A DNA stretch of 63,551 nt, the filler included, from Octopus bimaculoides (lineage: Eukaryota), in NCBI RefSeq assembly GCF_001194135.2. It is 5 parts of 4 records of this genome, joined end to end, with 100 filler letters (N's around TTAATTAATTAA, not from the genome) between each part and the next. Parts side by side here need not be neighbours in the genome. Positions count along the whole stretch, not along the records: positions 1 to 26,613 come from NC_068983.1; 4 more parts are not named here. One strand, 5' to 3'. The number at the start of each line of letters is the position of its first letter. Position 1 is the first letter of the stretch. Position numbers and translations under genes: made by a program. Below the pieces are notes generated by a model. The model was not told the DNA's origin. It saw only the letters and a list, made by a program, of their open reading frames with translations, and ran no database searches. This document shows positions 12,419-25,860 of the stretch, one piece after another.

Positions 12419-13870
12419 GGAGAGAGAGATAGTAATGTTTTGAATAGTTACTTTTACAACGTTGCTAATGTGTAGTACATGTCGTCTGTAAATATTTCGT
12501 TGAAGTTTTGACACTATTAATAAACCATTTGAATTTTGCTGCTATAGCTTTCTTCAATATTCAATATCGTGTAGCTTTTTATTATGGAATAGCACAATAT
12601 TTTGCAAAAATAAAAAGGGCTATCATCCAAGTCTAGCATGAAGATCATCTGACAACGTTTGCTTTGTAATAAAAGGGAAGTAGTCCGTCTCTGCCTGTTA
12701 GCTTTGTTAAAGGAAGTCTTATGATTAACGCACTTGAAATGTTTCAGGAAGTGTTACATGTAAAACGAAAGCAAGAAGTTCACAGACGAATCGAAATCAC
12801 TTAAGTGCATCACATTGAGCTCTATATTTTATCAGATTGGTTGAAGTTGGAACTGTTCTGCACTGTTTAAATTTTACAGTATTAAGTGTAAATTAATAAC
12901 TGCTTCTACATTCCAACGTTTAACATTATCTAATTTCTGATAGATTGGATTTATCAGATCAAATCTCACCAAGCTGCGTTACCTCTCTTAATTTTTTGTG
13001 TTCGAATCAAACAAAAGCAGCCATATTTTTAGGCTTGTTACCATCTATAGAAATACATTGTATAAACTTTTATATATGTAGGCACAACAAGCAAGCTTGA
13101 TGGGAATAGTAATAAGCCTATCTTTAAATTATAGCTAGCCGTCTTAAAATCCAATATTGACGACTTCTGAAACTTCAGTTTTTATCTAAAATCTCTTTTC
13201 TTTTATTTACACGTTTCCGACGCCCTTTGTTACGATTCAATACCCTCCGCCCCAGTTTAAAATACATACACGTACATTGCACAGTTATTGAGTTATCTGT
13301 ACTAAATTTACGCGAGCGTCTGGTGGCTTATTACATATCTTCTAATAAATAATATTTAACGTGTCACCGTCTAACTATATTCGTTGACGCAAATTTAGAA
13401 CGCACAGTCGGCAATGCTCAAGTGCTGTTTTTTTTTCTGCTTCATATTTATTACTGAAGATAACAGCAGAAATGTGTTTCTTATATTCCGATACATATAT
13501 TCAAGTTTTCTAAATGTTCATAGACACATACATTGATTTCACTACCAGGGTAAGAACTTACGCCAGTTTATAAACGTGGCTAGATTCTAAGCTAAACGGA
13601 TGACAATCATATCTAGAATCAACAACATTCAAGCCCGCACACATATTTCTATATGTGATCACAAGTTAGATCTTTACCTAGTGCTACAGGAATAATGTCT
13701 GTCTTTATTGCATGAGTGGAAATACCCACAAATTTTCACAATGTCTCAAATCATACTTTATTTTATTGTTCATAATTAACATACATAGGTGATATATAAC
13801 TGTTTTGTTTACTTATTCACAAGAATTTTTTCATCACTGTTAATATTGTCGTTGTTATTGCTATTGTTGT

Positions 13871-14208
13871 GTGGAGGCGCATAGCTCAGTGGTTAGAGCG
13901 TCGAGCTTACGATCATGAGGTTGTGAGTTCAATTCCCGGACTGGGCTGCGTGTTATGTTCTTGAGCAAGACACTTTGTTTCACGTTGCTCCAGTTCACTC
14001 AGCTGCAGAAATGAACTGCGACGTCACTGGTGCCAAGCTGTATCGGCCCCTGTGCCTTTCCCTTGGATAACATCAGTGGTGAGGAGAGGAGAGGCTGGTA
14101 TGTATGGGTGACTGCTGGACTTCCACAAACAACCTTGCCCGGACTTGTGCCTCGGTGGGTAACATTCTAGGTACAATCCCATGGTCAGTCATGACCGAAG
14201 GGGTCTCT
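13871..14208 (+). mobile_element. Near full-length tRNA-derived SINE, family D
   Basis: tRNA-like head gtggaggcgcatagctcagtggttagagcg...gagttcaattccc, followed by a ttgagcaagacact core and a body unrelated to tRNA. Confidence 0.85.
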
Positions 14209-14309
14209 TCTTCATTGTTATTGTTGTGATTGAAGAGACTAGCAGCAGTTCTTCATATTTAATATTATTTTTTTTAAGTTGATGTTTTTAAACAGGAAAC
14301 TAAGGTTAA

Positions 14310-14450
14310 TGGTTTCAGATTTGGGCACATGACCAGCAAGTTCAAGGAGGCGGGTAAGTCGATTATATTCACTCAAGTACTCAACTGGTAATTATTTCAT
14401 CGACCACAAAAGGATGATAGTCAAAGTCGACCTCGGTGGAACTTGAAGAG
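14310..14450 (-). mobile_element. SINE family B copy
   Basis: gtcgattatattcactcaagtactcaactggt...aaagtcgacctcggtggaacttgaa. Confidence 0.75.
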
Positions 14451-15647
14451 GCTGAGAATAAAATAAATTTTACGGAGGTATTCATCGTTCTTATAGTGTT
14501 CACTTTAATACCTGCATAAAATGTTCATATTTTCACTGATCGCAGAGGGCAGTACAACACACTTTACGAAATGCTGCACAAGATAAATCCATGAATAGAT
14601 AGGATAAAATGGGTTTTACTACAACCGGCAATTGAAACCCCACGGTAAATTAAGCTTCATGGACCCCGACTATATTCTCGTCACTACTTACAATTGACTA
14701 AATATAAATACAGCTAGAAGCCATAATGAAAATAATAACAAATACAACCTATAAATTGTCTTAAACTAAATTCATGAAACAAAAGAAAACAAACAGTGGA
14801 AATTTATATAACATTATTTCTGTATTAAATTCTATATTTTTTGAAAATTCTGTGTATGATATTTTAGTTCTATTTTCAAACAAGAAATGCCATAATTTTC
14901 TCAGTGAACGAAAATATTCCATATAATTAGCGAGGAAGTTTAAATACTAATACAATAGCGCAAACTGAGATAAACTAGTTTATGATTGTCTTCCAAATGA
15001 GGTTTTGCCAGTATCGCTAGTGATTATTAATTAAGTTTCCAGATAAAGTTTTGTTTAGGTATTCAATTATTTCCATTTTGAACAATAAAAAGAAACATAA
15101 AGAATTAAACTGAAATCTAGTTGTTCTTTTCCTTCCCGAAAACACCTAATTACATCTAGTTTAGTGAAATATTTAACAAGTAGGAATTCGACACTAATTG
15201 CCTGATAGCAACGTTAAAATAGAACATATTTTCAGTGAGAAGCAATATCCCTGAATTATAATTTGTAGACAATGAGAAGTTGTATTTGATAAGCTTCGCA
15301 TCACTTCGTTAATCTAAAGGTCATTATTTTCTATGTAATCGAAATTTAAGATTATTAAATAGTAGTTCCTTTGTGTCCAATAAGGAAGTGAATATTCAAA
15401 ATTAGTCAGTTAAAATAAAAACATTGACGATGGTCCATGCCTAGTTAGTAACCATGGCGAACTCATCAATAACAAAAACAAAAACGCTGCCTCTGTGCCA
15501 CGATTTTAACATATTATACGACTCTAAGTATTAGGCGTGGTGTACACAAACTAGATATTTTTTATGACTGTCATGGATAATAATGATTGTTTCAGAAACA
15601 TTTATGTTTACTTTAAAACCAACGAATGGTTTTGGTAAACCATTCCA

Positions 15648-15790
15648 GAGGTGGTGAGCTGATAGAATTGGTAGCATGCCAGACAAAATGTTTAGCCTTA
15701 TTTCTTCCGGTTTTACGCTCTGTGTTCAAATGTGCTGAGGTCGACTTTGTTGTTCATCAAACCGAGATGGATAAAATTAATGCTATTTGA
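15648..15790 (+). mobile_element. SINE family B copy (degenerate)
   Basis: gagctgatagaattggtagcatgcc...ttcaaatgtgctgaggtcgactttg. Confidence 0.7.
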
Positions 15791-16049
15791 GCTCTGTAGT
15801 CAACGTAATAGGTAAATCACTCTTCCTAAAATATCAGGGTTTGTATCTATTGTTTAAAGAAAAAATTAAAATGTTACTGAAAATCGTCTACAGTTCCTCT
15901 TCATGGCCATTCCTAATATTAACATGCTCTTTAAGAGGTAGGGGTATACATGCTAACGTACATACTGATGTAGGCATGTGTGTGTGATTAGAAAATGTGC
16001 GCACTAGGATAGAAAACGGGAGGATTTTAGAGAGTAAATTATACTGGTT

Positions 16050-16250
16050 TCAAATTTTGGCACACGAACAGGAATTTCAGGCGTTGGGGGTTGTAACATC
16101 GACTCCAGTGCTTTCGAACCCGAAAGGATTAAAGGTGGCAAAAATTGACCTCCGCGGAATTTCAACCCCAAACGCAAAGCCGAGTGAAATGCTGATAAAT
16201 ATTCTGTCCGGCATGCAAAAGGTTCTGCCAGCTGACTGCCTTAGAAAGTT
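16050..16250 (-). mobile_element. SINE family B copy
   Basis: catcgactccagtg...ccgaaaggattaaagg...ttgacctccgcggaatttcaac...ttctgccagct. Confidence 0.7.
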
Positions 16251-16969
16251 ATGTTAGCAAGTTGTTGTACGTGCGTGTGATGAAATACATCCAAACTGAT
16301 ATATTACTAACTCTACAAACGGATTTTTATACCGTTGTTAAAAGACGCAGGCAGCACCTACATATCTCGATCAGGGCAGAAGAAGATTCGGATCTGCTTA
16401 ATTTATTTCAGTGGTTCCATACATGTGTGCAATCGTCTCGCGAGTGTATCAGGAGTTGTAGTTGTAGCGACTTCCATGATTTTAAAATTTGTCTTCTTTC
16501 TAGCTAAATAGTTCAAGTTCAGTTCATATAACAACCAAACAGCAATCATAGACATTTCATTACCGATGAGAAAACCGTGTACAAACCTGTTAGAGAAACC
16601 TTGTCTGGGCTGGTAGACTTAACCGGAAACGTGGTTTAAGCGGCAACGCAACCTGGATCATGGCTGCTTTTATCACCATCTATTGTAGAGCAAGAATTCG
16701 GAGTACGTCTCCGGTTTAAATGTGACTTTCTTCCTTTTTGCCACCAGTTTCAGAGGCCCTCGAGAAATTAGGCCCTTTATCTTCCTTTCACTGGGCCTAA
16801 AGGAAATTTAAAGAGTCTTCTTCAAGAGAGTTACAAAATGTATCCAAATCAAGATATATGATTACGAGGTGGGAAAGGATGATTAATCTATACCTCATAT
16901 TAACGAGCTTCTTTGTCGTTTTACACTCAAATAACAAGTCAAACATTAAGTTTACAATTGTACCAAGAC

Positions 16970-17420
16970 CTTCTTCTTGAGGCGCATATCCAGAATGTAG
17001 GACGTAGGGGATCATGTCCTGCCACAATCGTCAGTTCTTTGTTTTCTCTAACAGTTCCACTTCCTGCCGTCCAGTGCTTCGTTCTTCCAACCAGTTCATC
17101 AAGCTTGGGATCCATATCTTCTTTCTCCTTATGCTTCTTTTCCCTCCAAACTTTCCGGTCATTGCAAAAATTCTCCAGGTCCTCTTTCTTCATCACATGA
17201 TCATGAAATCATGAAATTTCAGTTGCTTAGCTGTTATCTTAGGAAGCAGTTTCCAATTTACCGCAGTTGGTGTCATCATTTCTTCACTAGAGACTTTGTC
17301 TGTCCAGGTTATTTTCTATAATCTCCTTAAGAACCACATTAGGTAAGAAAAGTTTCCATTGCAGACAGAGTGCTGTCTCATTTTAATATCCCAGAAAATA
17401 GCAAATCGGAATGTTTTGTT
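16970..17420 (-). mobile_element. RTE-clade LINE ORF2 3' relic
   Basis: The minus strand reads MWFLRRL*KITWTDKVSSEE...KQLKFHDFMIM..KEDLEN...WQDMIPYVL, matching the RTE tail pattern EMWFLRRMLRISWTDKVSNEEVL...RQLxFLGHVMRKExLE. Confidence 0.8.
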
Positions 17421-17584
17421 AGAGAAAGACACTTATCGATCAGAACGATAATCAAAAGTATTCCAGGTGTGACCAAACTATCTACATTTTCAAATATCAT
17501 AATATCCTATTATAATAACCATTCCTTATTTAAGGCGGTTGGGTGCCAAATGATTATCTACTACATTGATTACATTATTTAAAG

Positions 17585-17770
17585 TTGATGGATATTTGTC
17601 CTCATCTTGTTTGTTATTAACACAACGTTTCGGCTGATATACCCTCCAGCCTTCATCAGGTGTCTTGCGGAAATTTCGAACCTGGGTTCTCATTCGTACC
17701 CGTCATGTGTAAATAATGTAAATAATATAAATAATGTACATAATTCTTCATCTCTTAAATATAGAACTGG
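17585..17770 (-). mobile_element. Penelope-like pseudo-LTR fragment
   Basis: Contains an intact hammerhead core and an adjacent aaataatgt short tandem array. Confidence 0.55.
17619..17664 (-). ncRNA. Minimal type-I hammerhead ribozyme motif, intact core
   Basis: GACAC-CTGATGA-A-GGCTG(GAGGGTATAT)CAGCC-GAAA-CGTT-GTGTT. Confidence 0.65.
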
Positions 17771-18899
17771 AGTATCTACTATCTGCTATTTGTTGCGGGT
17801 CAAACAAGTCGAAGTACTCTCACATGGCTCGTTGCTCCCAGAAACGTAAATTATAGAGACTTTTATCAAGAATCATTACATATTTTCACCCATATTATTG
17901 TAATTATCGTTATTGCTATTATTGCCGTGCCATGTGGCAGCGATGGCGGAAGCAAAGGCGACGACGACTCCAGTCTTGAGAATTTCCATATTTATCCACC
18001 TAGAAATAACCAAGAGGTAACACTTCTTTGGGTAAATTTCAAATGAGAACGCCGAAACGAATACCGCACCCGTGGTCTCAGACACTCTGACAACTGCGGT
18101 AAACCACCACCTTCTTTCGAAAGATATACCATTGCAAGCAAATTACAATGTGTTGATTTGACCAACATTTGGAATGTCAAAACTAGTTTTATATGAAGTA
18201 CTGTTTACTTAAACTATCGAGTAAATATTGATAATTTAAAATTGTTAATAGATAAATGTCTAATTTGAAATTAAATACAGTTTTGAATTAAATGGTAAAT
18301 ACTATAAAACCAGACATATGCTTCTAATAGGTCGTTTCAGTGTCTAACGCATATTCTCCATGATTACTGACGCCATACAGACTGAACCAACCACCGAAGG
18401 AGTCTCTGCTGGATCACTTTATTTGCTAATAAAAAACAGTCAAATTTTCTTGTATCAGAAATTGTATATTGAGGAAGACAAGAAATTTGAATTCGTAGAT
18501 AACCTATGACTAATTAACTCTATGAGATATTTACGGATTCAACGTCTTCGACGATAACTCTACAAGATAAGAATTGGCCTCGGCTTAAGAAAGATGCAAT
18601 AAAAAGACCCAGAGTGGGAGTCTTTATGTTATTGATAACACATGGGGAAACCATATTTTAACAATGACGCTACTATTTTAAATAGAGTACAGATGGGGTG
18701 ACGGACTAGATATGCAATAAAACTAAAGAAGACAAGATAGTCATGACTGGAATGATTTTAGTCATATGTTTGTTAAATCCTAGTTGTTCCGAGGACTACA
18801 AGGGTCATTATGAAACTAACGTGTCGAAAGATGGGATCCTTATATGATCACTTGATCTGATAACATAGAAACTAATTTTCTTACAATTAAATGAAACTC

Positions 18900-19420
18900 T
18901 ACCATCCATTCAGCCAGCCGTACGTCCATCTATGCAGCAACCCATTTCTCTGTCTCCTGTTCCTGGGATAGAGTCCTCAGGATCATCTTCCTACCTGAAA
19001 CAACCGTCATTACACTTTCGGAATCCTGCAGGATTCCGAAATGTAATCATTTAAGACTATAGATGCATCGAACTGCCTTGTTCTTGATCTACTTCTGGAT
19101 CTCTTGAAGGTTGGCTTGGTTTGAAGAATCCGCCTGGCAATACGTTCACATAACACTCTTATTGGATGTCTGTAGTACTGGAGCTGTGACATCACCATGT
19201 GGAGAACTAACGGTTCTTCCTGGAGAAAATCACTAATTTCAAAGTTATCTATTGCGTCACGTAACCTCAATCTAGAGATCCTTTGCAGAAACCTCATTGC
19301 GGTACGTATTCATTCACAATTATACTGTCTTTCAGTACCCAAAAGTCAAGATCATAGAAAGGGATAGGCACAAAGACCTAATTGCAGATAACAAGATCGG
19401 GGTCTTTATGAACCTCTTCT
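18900..19420 (-). mobile_element. RTE-clade LINE ORF2 3' relic
   Basis: VFVPIxxYDLDFWVL...MRFLQRISRLRLRD...EPLVLHMVMSQLQYYRH...ERIARRILQTKPTFKRSRSRSRTR, like RTE EMRFLRRI...QLRWYGH...GKRPRGRPRTRW. Confidence 0.8.
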
Positions 19421-20409
19421 TTTTTTAAAAGAAACGGCTTCATTGCCTATTGTAGTACAATACACGATGATGAGATATTTTCTTCTGGAGTGATTTTAGG
19501 CAAAGATGTGATGTATGCAGAATGACCCGGATCTAAACAATACCTCTATGTGCATCAAATAGGCAAAATCAGGAACTGCCTAAAATCTTTATTTTTTTTG
19601 TCCACTAAAATTATAGATCCTTTGTATTGAGATAAAGAAAGGCATTTCTTTTACGCAGCATACCATCTAAATTTACGGCTTATGTTTATGGATATGTTGA
19701 ATATTGAATATAAAGAATAGTTGTGTTCTAAAGCAATAAAATTAACTGCCTGTTACTGAACATGTAGGTAGTGAAGTCAATATGAAGAAGAAAACGTTGG
19801 CACTTTGCCAATTTCCCCTGGAAGCTTGATAGCGTATTAGTACAGTGCATGCAGATTAAATGCCTGAAAAGGTATGAAATTGTATGACAAATGTTCGCAG
19901 TTATAGAAAACTATTGGTATTCTTGTATATCAAAAGCAATCCAACACAGTCGCGTAATGATTGCTATAGGAGAAAAAAATGCACATTAGAAATAACCTCT
20001 TGAACAATGTATTCTTTAGAAATACTTTCTTGGAAGTGGAGAAAATTAGAATAAGAACGTTTGGCAATAGTCAATTTAGAAATAGACTTCTTGTATGTTG
20101 ACTTTCTTTACTCAACTTTTCAGGTGTATGTAATCTATATTATATACGATGAACGACAGAGAGTTCGTCTGTTTAACGACTACACTTCAGGAAATAACAG
20201 CGAATGTCTCTCAGATCCTGTCACTTCAAAAGGTGGTATGTGAATCCAGGATAATGCATACATACAATACTTTACATACACAAGCAAACACTCTCACCTT
20301 CACACGCAGATACACACACATTGTTGCATACATGTTTATACATGTAAGTATATGTAAGTATAAATATATATATATATAAATTTTGGATTTTGTCCCTAAT
20401 ATTATTATC

Positions 20410-20454
<45 letters not shown>

Positions 20455-20940
20455 NNNNNNNNNNNNNNNNNNNNNNNNNNNNNNNNNNNNNNNNNNNNNN
20501 NNNNNNNNNNNNNNNNNNNNNNNNNNNNNNNNNNNNNNNNNNNNNNNNNNNNNNNNNNNNNNNNNNNNNNNNNNNNNNNNNNNNNNNNNNNNNNNNNNNN
20601 NNNNNNNNNNNNNNNNNNNNNNNNNNNNNNNNNNNNNNNNNNNNNNNNNNNNNNNNNNNNNNNNNNNNNNNNNNNNNNNNNNNNNNNNNNNNNNNNNNNN
20701 NNNNNNNNNNNNNNNNNNNNNNNNNNNNNNNNNNNNNNNNNNNNNNNNNNNNNNNNNNNNNNNNNNNNNNNNNNNNNNNNNNNNNNNNNNNNNNNNNNNN
20801 NNNNNNNNNNNNNNNNNNNNNNNNNNNNNNNNNNNNNNNNNNNNNNNNNNNNNNNNNNNNNNNNNNNNNNNNNNNNNNNNNNNNNNNNNNNNNNNNNNNN
20901 NNNNNNNNNNNNNNNNNNNNNNNNNNNNNNNNNNNNNNNN

Positions 20941-21617
20941 AAATATCACAACGTCGTTTTACGCGGATGAATATCTTTTTTCACGCGCGATGTCGCTTGT
21001 TTACCGGCGCTAAGGCATTCCTTACGTTGCTTCATATTGATATACAGATCCCATTTTTCATCGCCATTAACGATTCGGTAAAAAAAAGTCGTTACCTGTG
21101 TCTATGAGTTGAGCGGTGACGGAGTGAAGATTCTTCTCTATAGCAGTGTTGGAGTATTCCATTTTCCCTTCCAGTTCCTTTGACGTTTGATGAGAATTTT
21201 CATACAAAGGTTGGTTTAATCGCTCTTCATTGAACTCAACTGGACAACCAGAACGAGGTGTGTCTTTCAGGTCAAAAGTTTCATTTTTGAACTTGGTATA
21301 CCAATCACGAGCGGTTCTTTCAGATATGGCACCCTCTCTATACATAGCACAGATGTACCGAGCAGCTTTTGCGGCCTTATAACCTTGATTAAAAGTAAAA
21401 AGATGTCAAGAATGTTCGTTTTTCTTAACTTGACATTCCATTTTAATGATCTGAAAATAATCAAAAATTAACTTAAAGTAACTACAAATAAAAACACAAA
21501 ATAGATTCCAAAATTATTCAAAAATAGAATTCTTGAAAATAATAAATTTCAAAATTTAAAAATGCAATAAATTTCAAGATTAAAAAAAAAACGGTGGGAA
21601 CTTAGTTGCCAACCCAA
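20941..21617 (-). mobile_element. Internally deleted mariner transposon (runs into gap)
   Basis: TIR ttgggttggcaactaagttcccaccgtttt with TA at 21618-19; N-terminal HTH AISERTARDWYTKFKNETFDLKDTPRSGCPVEF; catalytic-domain start NMKQRKECLS...IHPRKT. Confidence 0.9.
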
Positions 21618-21749
21618 TATATATATATACATATATATGTGCATGCGTATATAGATGTGTACGTATATGTGCGTATACTGTTATTTATGTCAGCATCTAT
21701 ATGCGTACATATATTTGTGTATGTGTATACGTATCCTCATTTTGAATAA

Positions 21750-21900
21750 GGACCCAGGATTGCAACAGATTGTGCTTCACGGTACCACAGAGTTTTAACA
21801 CCCTGTCAAATAACCTCAGACATTTGCAAGGTGTAGATGGGGAAAGTCTCAAAAGGCACCTCATCTCTTAAATATAGAACAAGATCAAGGAGGTTTCGGA
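21750..21900 (+). mobile_element. CR1/L2-like LINE 3' fragment
   Basis: SFNTLSNNLRHLQGVDGESLKRHL resembles the LINE terminal FNxLPxxLR...FKxxLD motif. Confidence 0.5.
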
Positions 21901-21929
21901 GATCTTCCTCTGGGTAGAGTGAAAAATAT

Positions 21930-21993
21930 GTGCACTAGACTCCAGAGCCGTCTTCAGGTCGTGGTGGAGACTGAGGCCAGCTACTTTGAGTAA
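21930..21993 (+). mobile_element. Tc1-like transposase last codons
   Basis: CTRLQSRLQVVVETEASYFE* resembles the Tc1 terminus CxRFRSRLEAVVEAxGGYFE*. Confidence 0.55.
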
Positions 21994-22593
21994 ACTATTA
22001 TATTCTAGTCGTAATCGTATTGATATTTTTTTTTTTAAATATAATTTTATTTTTGAATTGGCTGGCACCCTCTCCCAAAATTTCAGGACTTGTACCTAGA
22101 GTAGAAAAGAATATGCAAGATATATTATAGCTTATAAAATGGCGATATGCTCACATCGGGAAGGGATATAATCATAGATGGACAGGATCAAACACGAATT
22201 ATAACTATATAGGAATTATATGAACATGAAAATATTTTTGCAAATGTCACAATTCCATGTTTATATTTTTCCTAAAATGTACAGACTATGTCGTGTGTTA
22301 CAAAAATTAACTGTAGCTAATATCACGGTTAATGTTTATGGACACGCTCAATATATATATAAAGATTTGCCGTTGCGTTCCAACGCGTGAAAATGAACTG
22401 CCTGTTATTGAAAACGTGTAGATAGTGAAATAAATATGAAGAAAGTATTGGCACATTGTCAACATTCCCTTGGAGCTTGGGAGAATATTGGAGCAACACA
22501 TACACATGAAATGTGTGAAAATCTATGAAATGATGTGACGTGTTCATTGTCTTTGAAATAAATTGATATATTCACACACACACACACGCACGA

Positions 22594-22640
<47 letters not shown>

Positions 22641-23256
22641 GTTACGACATGCGTGTGTCTCAAAAGTAATGCAACGCAGTACAAGGATTACTCTTCGATA
22701 TTTAATGCAGAGCAAGTCCATCAGAAATAACCACTTGTATAATATGAACATTTTAAATATCATATCGGATGTGAAGCGCATAAGAAATAGACATAGCAAC
22801 GCAGATTTTATGACGAAAAATGTACTAGATAATATAGCATTGTAGATGGTAAGTTAAATCTCCCCACTCATACCGTATTGCCGTAGAAGAGGACATGTGT
22901 GAATCCATGATAATGTATTTTCTGAATGTTTCATTAGAAAATAATGCTGGAACGTCAATAAGGCTGTTTGTGTACTAGCACACCTCATTTTGTGGTTAAC
23001 AGCAGCGTATCGTGAAAGAAGCTAATTTTAATGATTAGTTTTTGTGAGTAGATTAATGGAGTGTTGTATCACTCTTATACCACAACGACGCTTCTTAGGC
23101 AAACTTCGAGAATCCCTCAACATTGTTGCTATTTCAATGAGAAATGGAGATAATTATTTCACACACTAAGCGCAAAAATTGTTTACGATCGCTCCAGGGA
23201 AGGTAATATATACTTCGTACAGGGATGAGAAATGCTGGATATTTCCTTATCGATTA

Positions 23257-23386
<130 letters not shown>

Positions 23387-23465
23387 GATAGCGGGGAATA
23401 TGAGAATATACATTTCATCCACCGAAATAATTAAGTAGTTTAAGCATCTCCCCCACCTCTCTCTC

Positions 23466-23503
<38 letters not shown>

Positions 23504-24749
23504 GCTCTCTCTCTCTCTAACTCACACTCTATATATCTATATACGAACGATGTTGTACAATAAGTAATGGAAAACGAAAATGAAAGTGATTTTGCATAGA
23601 AGCAGATAAGCAAATTCCTGTAGTTTGTTTAGACGCTTCGAGAAACTCAGTTATTTATGTACTGCAGCACATTTTATGGCATATAACCGTGTTCGTCATT
23701 TCAAAATTATATTACTTGTGTAATATTTTAATATATCACCGCCTCACGAATAGTCAATAGTTGTTCGTGTATCTCGCCATTACATAATATGTCATCCAGT
23801 CAAGCAGATCAAAATTACCTCTTTTAATTAATTCCACCGAATTTTCCTTCAAATTAGCATTCTCATTTTTAGTCTTCGCCAAATGATATACGACTACGTA
23901 AACTTAGATTTTAAAGTGGAATATACTTTGACATCAATATTTTAATTGAAACCAATAAAAACATTTTATCCTAACGAAATTAGTTTTTGAAATTGGGTAG
24001 TAAAAGTGATTACGAGAATACTTTGACTAATACATTAATAATAGTTATTAGTACTTGATTAAATTATAACCATAATTAGGAGCAATGTTGTTTTAGAAAC
24101 GAAAAGAGTAGACCTTAAATTATTAAGTCGTGTATAAAAAAAATGTTTTTTGAAAACTTTCCTTCCCAACGCTATCTCAAAGCTAATCAAAGAACGTGTT
24201 TGCTCATTTAAATTATGAGACCATTGTATTAGCCAGAAATTTAAAACGAATTAACCGATCTTTTAAGACAACATCAGGAACACGAAGTCAAACATTTTCT
24301 TCCTTTCATTTATTTCTTATGTTTATCATCAATTTGTCCTTTCATGTCTTTGAGTTGCTCTCAATGCCACCGTTTATCTTCTTATTTGTCTTCTTTTATT
24401 AATTTGTATTCTTTTATTAATTTTAATACCTTTGTTGCCTTTTCTTGCCAACCCCCAACGGTTTCTATATTTGAGAAGACAATCAGACAGATCTAGTACT
24501 TTCAATGTCTCTAATGAGAAATGGCAATACTGGAAAGAGACTAAATGTCTCTAAAGAGAAATGGGAATAGTGAAAAGAGATTTCTTTGAATAGATTCTGA
24601 GCAAAGCTACATTCACAAGGTGAATGAAGAAGAAGCAACTTCATAAAACATGAACAATCTGGAACAGCACTAGGCATAACAACTTCCATCTTATGCGAGA
24701 CATATGCTTGATCTATCAATGTTAGCCGCTGTCGCTTTTCTATAATTAT

Positions 24750-25860
24750 TGGTTTTCGAGTCACTGCTGCAGAAGTCGAAAGAGTTAAGTGGCATCTATT
24801 TCGACTGGGATACAGGAGGGCAGTGCCGGCGTATACGGACGAAATCCCTCTCTCAGTGTTGCTTGCCTCCGTATTGGAGAAAGTCGGCATCATTCTAGAA
24901 GAATGTGTGTCAGTTGCAGGGGCTAAAAATCAACGCCTTTACATCGGTGGGTTTGCGGTTGGGAGTTTGGAGAAACTGGTAGCTACCGTCGGACGCTGGG
25001 CTGAGGACCCATTAAACTGCTCGGATTCTGGCCTGTTCTCGACATTCAGGTGGGTACGAACTGGAACGGATTAGTATGTCATGGTTCCTAGTGAGCAGAC
25101 ACACTCTTAGGATGTGCCAGCTGCAATGATTAGTGGACGGCGGGTGTGTGTGGCCTCCGTTTGTGAGGCACGTCTTTCCGCAACTCCAGTTTGTGAGGCA
25201 CCTTGCATCTAGAATGCCGTCAGGTGCTCACAGCCCTCTATTAGTCAGACGATGGGGTAGGTGGTGTTCTGTTTTAGCAACTTATAGAGGATTAGTGGAG
25301 AGGAAGTGTGGTGTCGTTCAGGCGTCGATGAAAACGAACTGATTAGTCTGTTCCGAAAGAATTCCGATTGAGAACAATCATAGATAGTTTCCAGATATTT
25401 TTGGCCTGGCAGTGCTCCCTGTTCAAGATAAACTCTACAGACACCTATGTGCTGTCATACGGGCCTGTCCGAGGTACACGCCGAGCGACGAAACCATTCT
25501 GCATGCATTCGTTCAGTGTCCGGGCATTGATAACTTGTGGGGTTATGTCAAACAGCTGCTCTCACGTGTTGGACGGATCCGTCTATGGGCCAAGAAGATA
25601 CATATGATCGCTCCACTGTCCTCCTTTATTCGGGCAAGTAAGGCACTTTTCCTATGCCTGGTAGCTGTGGCGAAAAAGGTTGTCTGGTGCACGAGGCTGA
25701 AAGGCATGCGGACAGATACACTTCTTTTTGATAGAGGCTTCATCGACTTTTTCAAATGACAATTGAAAAGGAAAATTAGAGTGGAGAGAAAGAGGTGCTG
25801 TCCAGGAATGAATTTATTGAAAGGTGTGTTGAAGTTGCGAAAATAGGAAAAGTGGATGGT
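24750..25860 (+). mobile_element. L1/Tx1-clade LINE ORF2 3' portion (RT end and zf-RVT), decayed
   Basis: PAYTDE approximates the RT YADD motif. LPVQDKLYRH...RACPR...DETILHAFVQCP...LW is a zf-RVT CCHC region. Confidence 0.85.

Noticed and set aside
13871-13945. tRNA-like sequences here and at 215-288 and 62900-62976
   Set aside because: These are SINE heads that continue into SINE bodies, with no proper acceptor stem or terminator; not called tRNA genes.
14692-14748. 57-nt minus-strand AG/GTAAGT segment encoding LYLLLFSLWLLAVFIFSQ
   Set aside because: T-rich sequence gives hydrophobic peptides by chance, and it is phase-incompatible with the other candidate exons.
22711-22848. Plus-strand AG...GTAAGT candidate exon (also 3153-3246)
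   Set aside because: All three frames contain stops and the composition matches the background.
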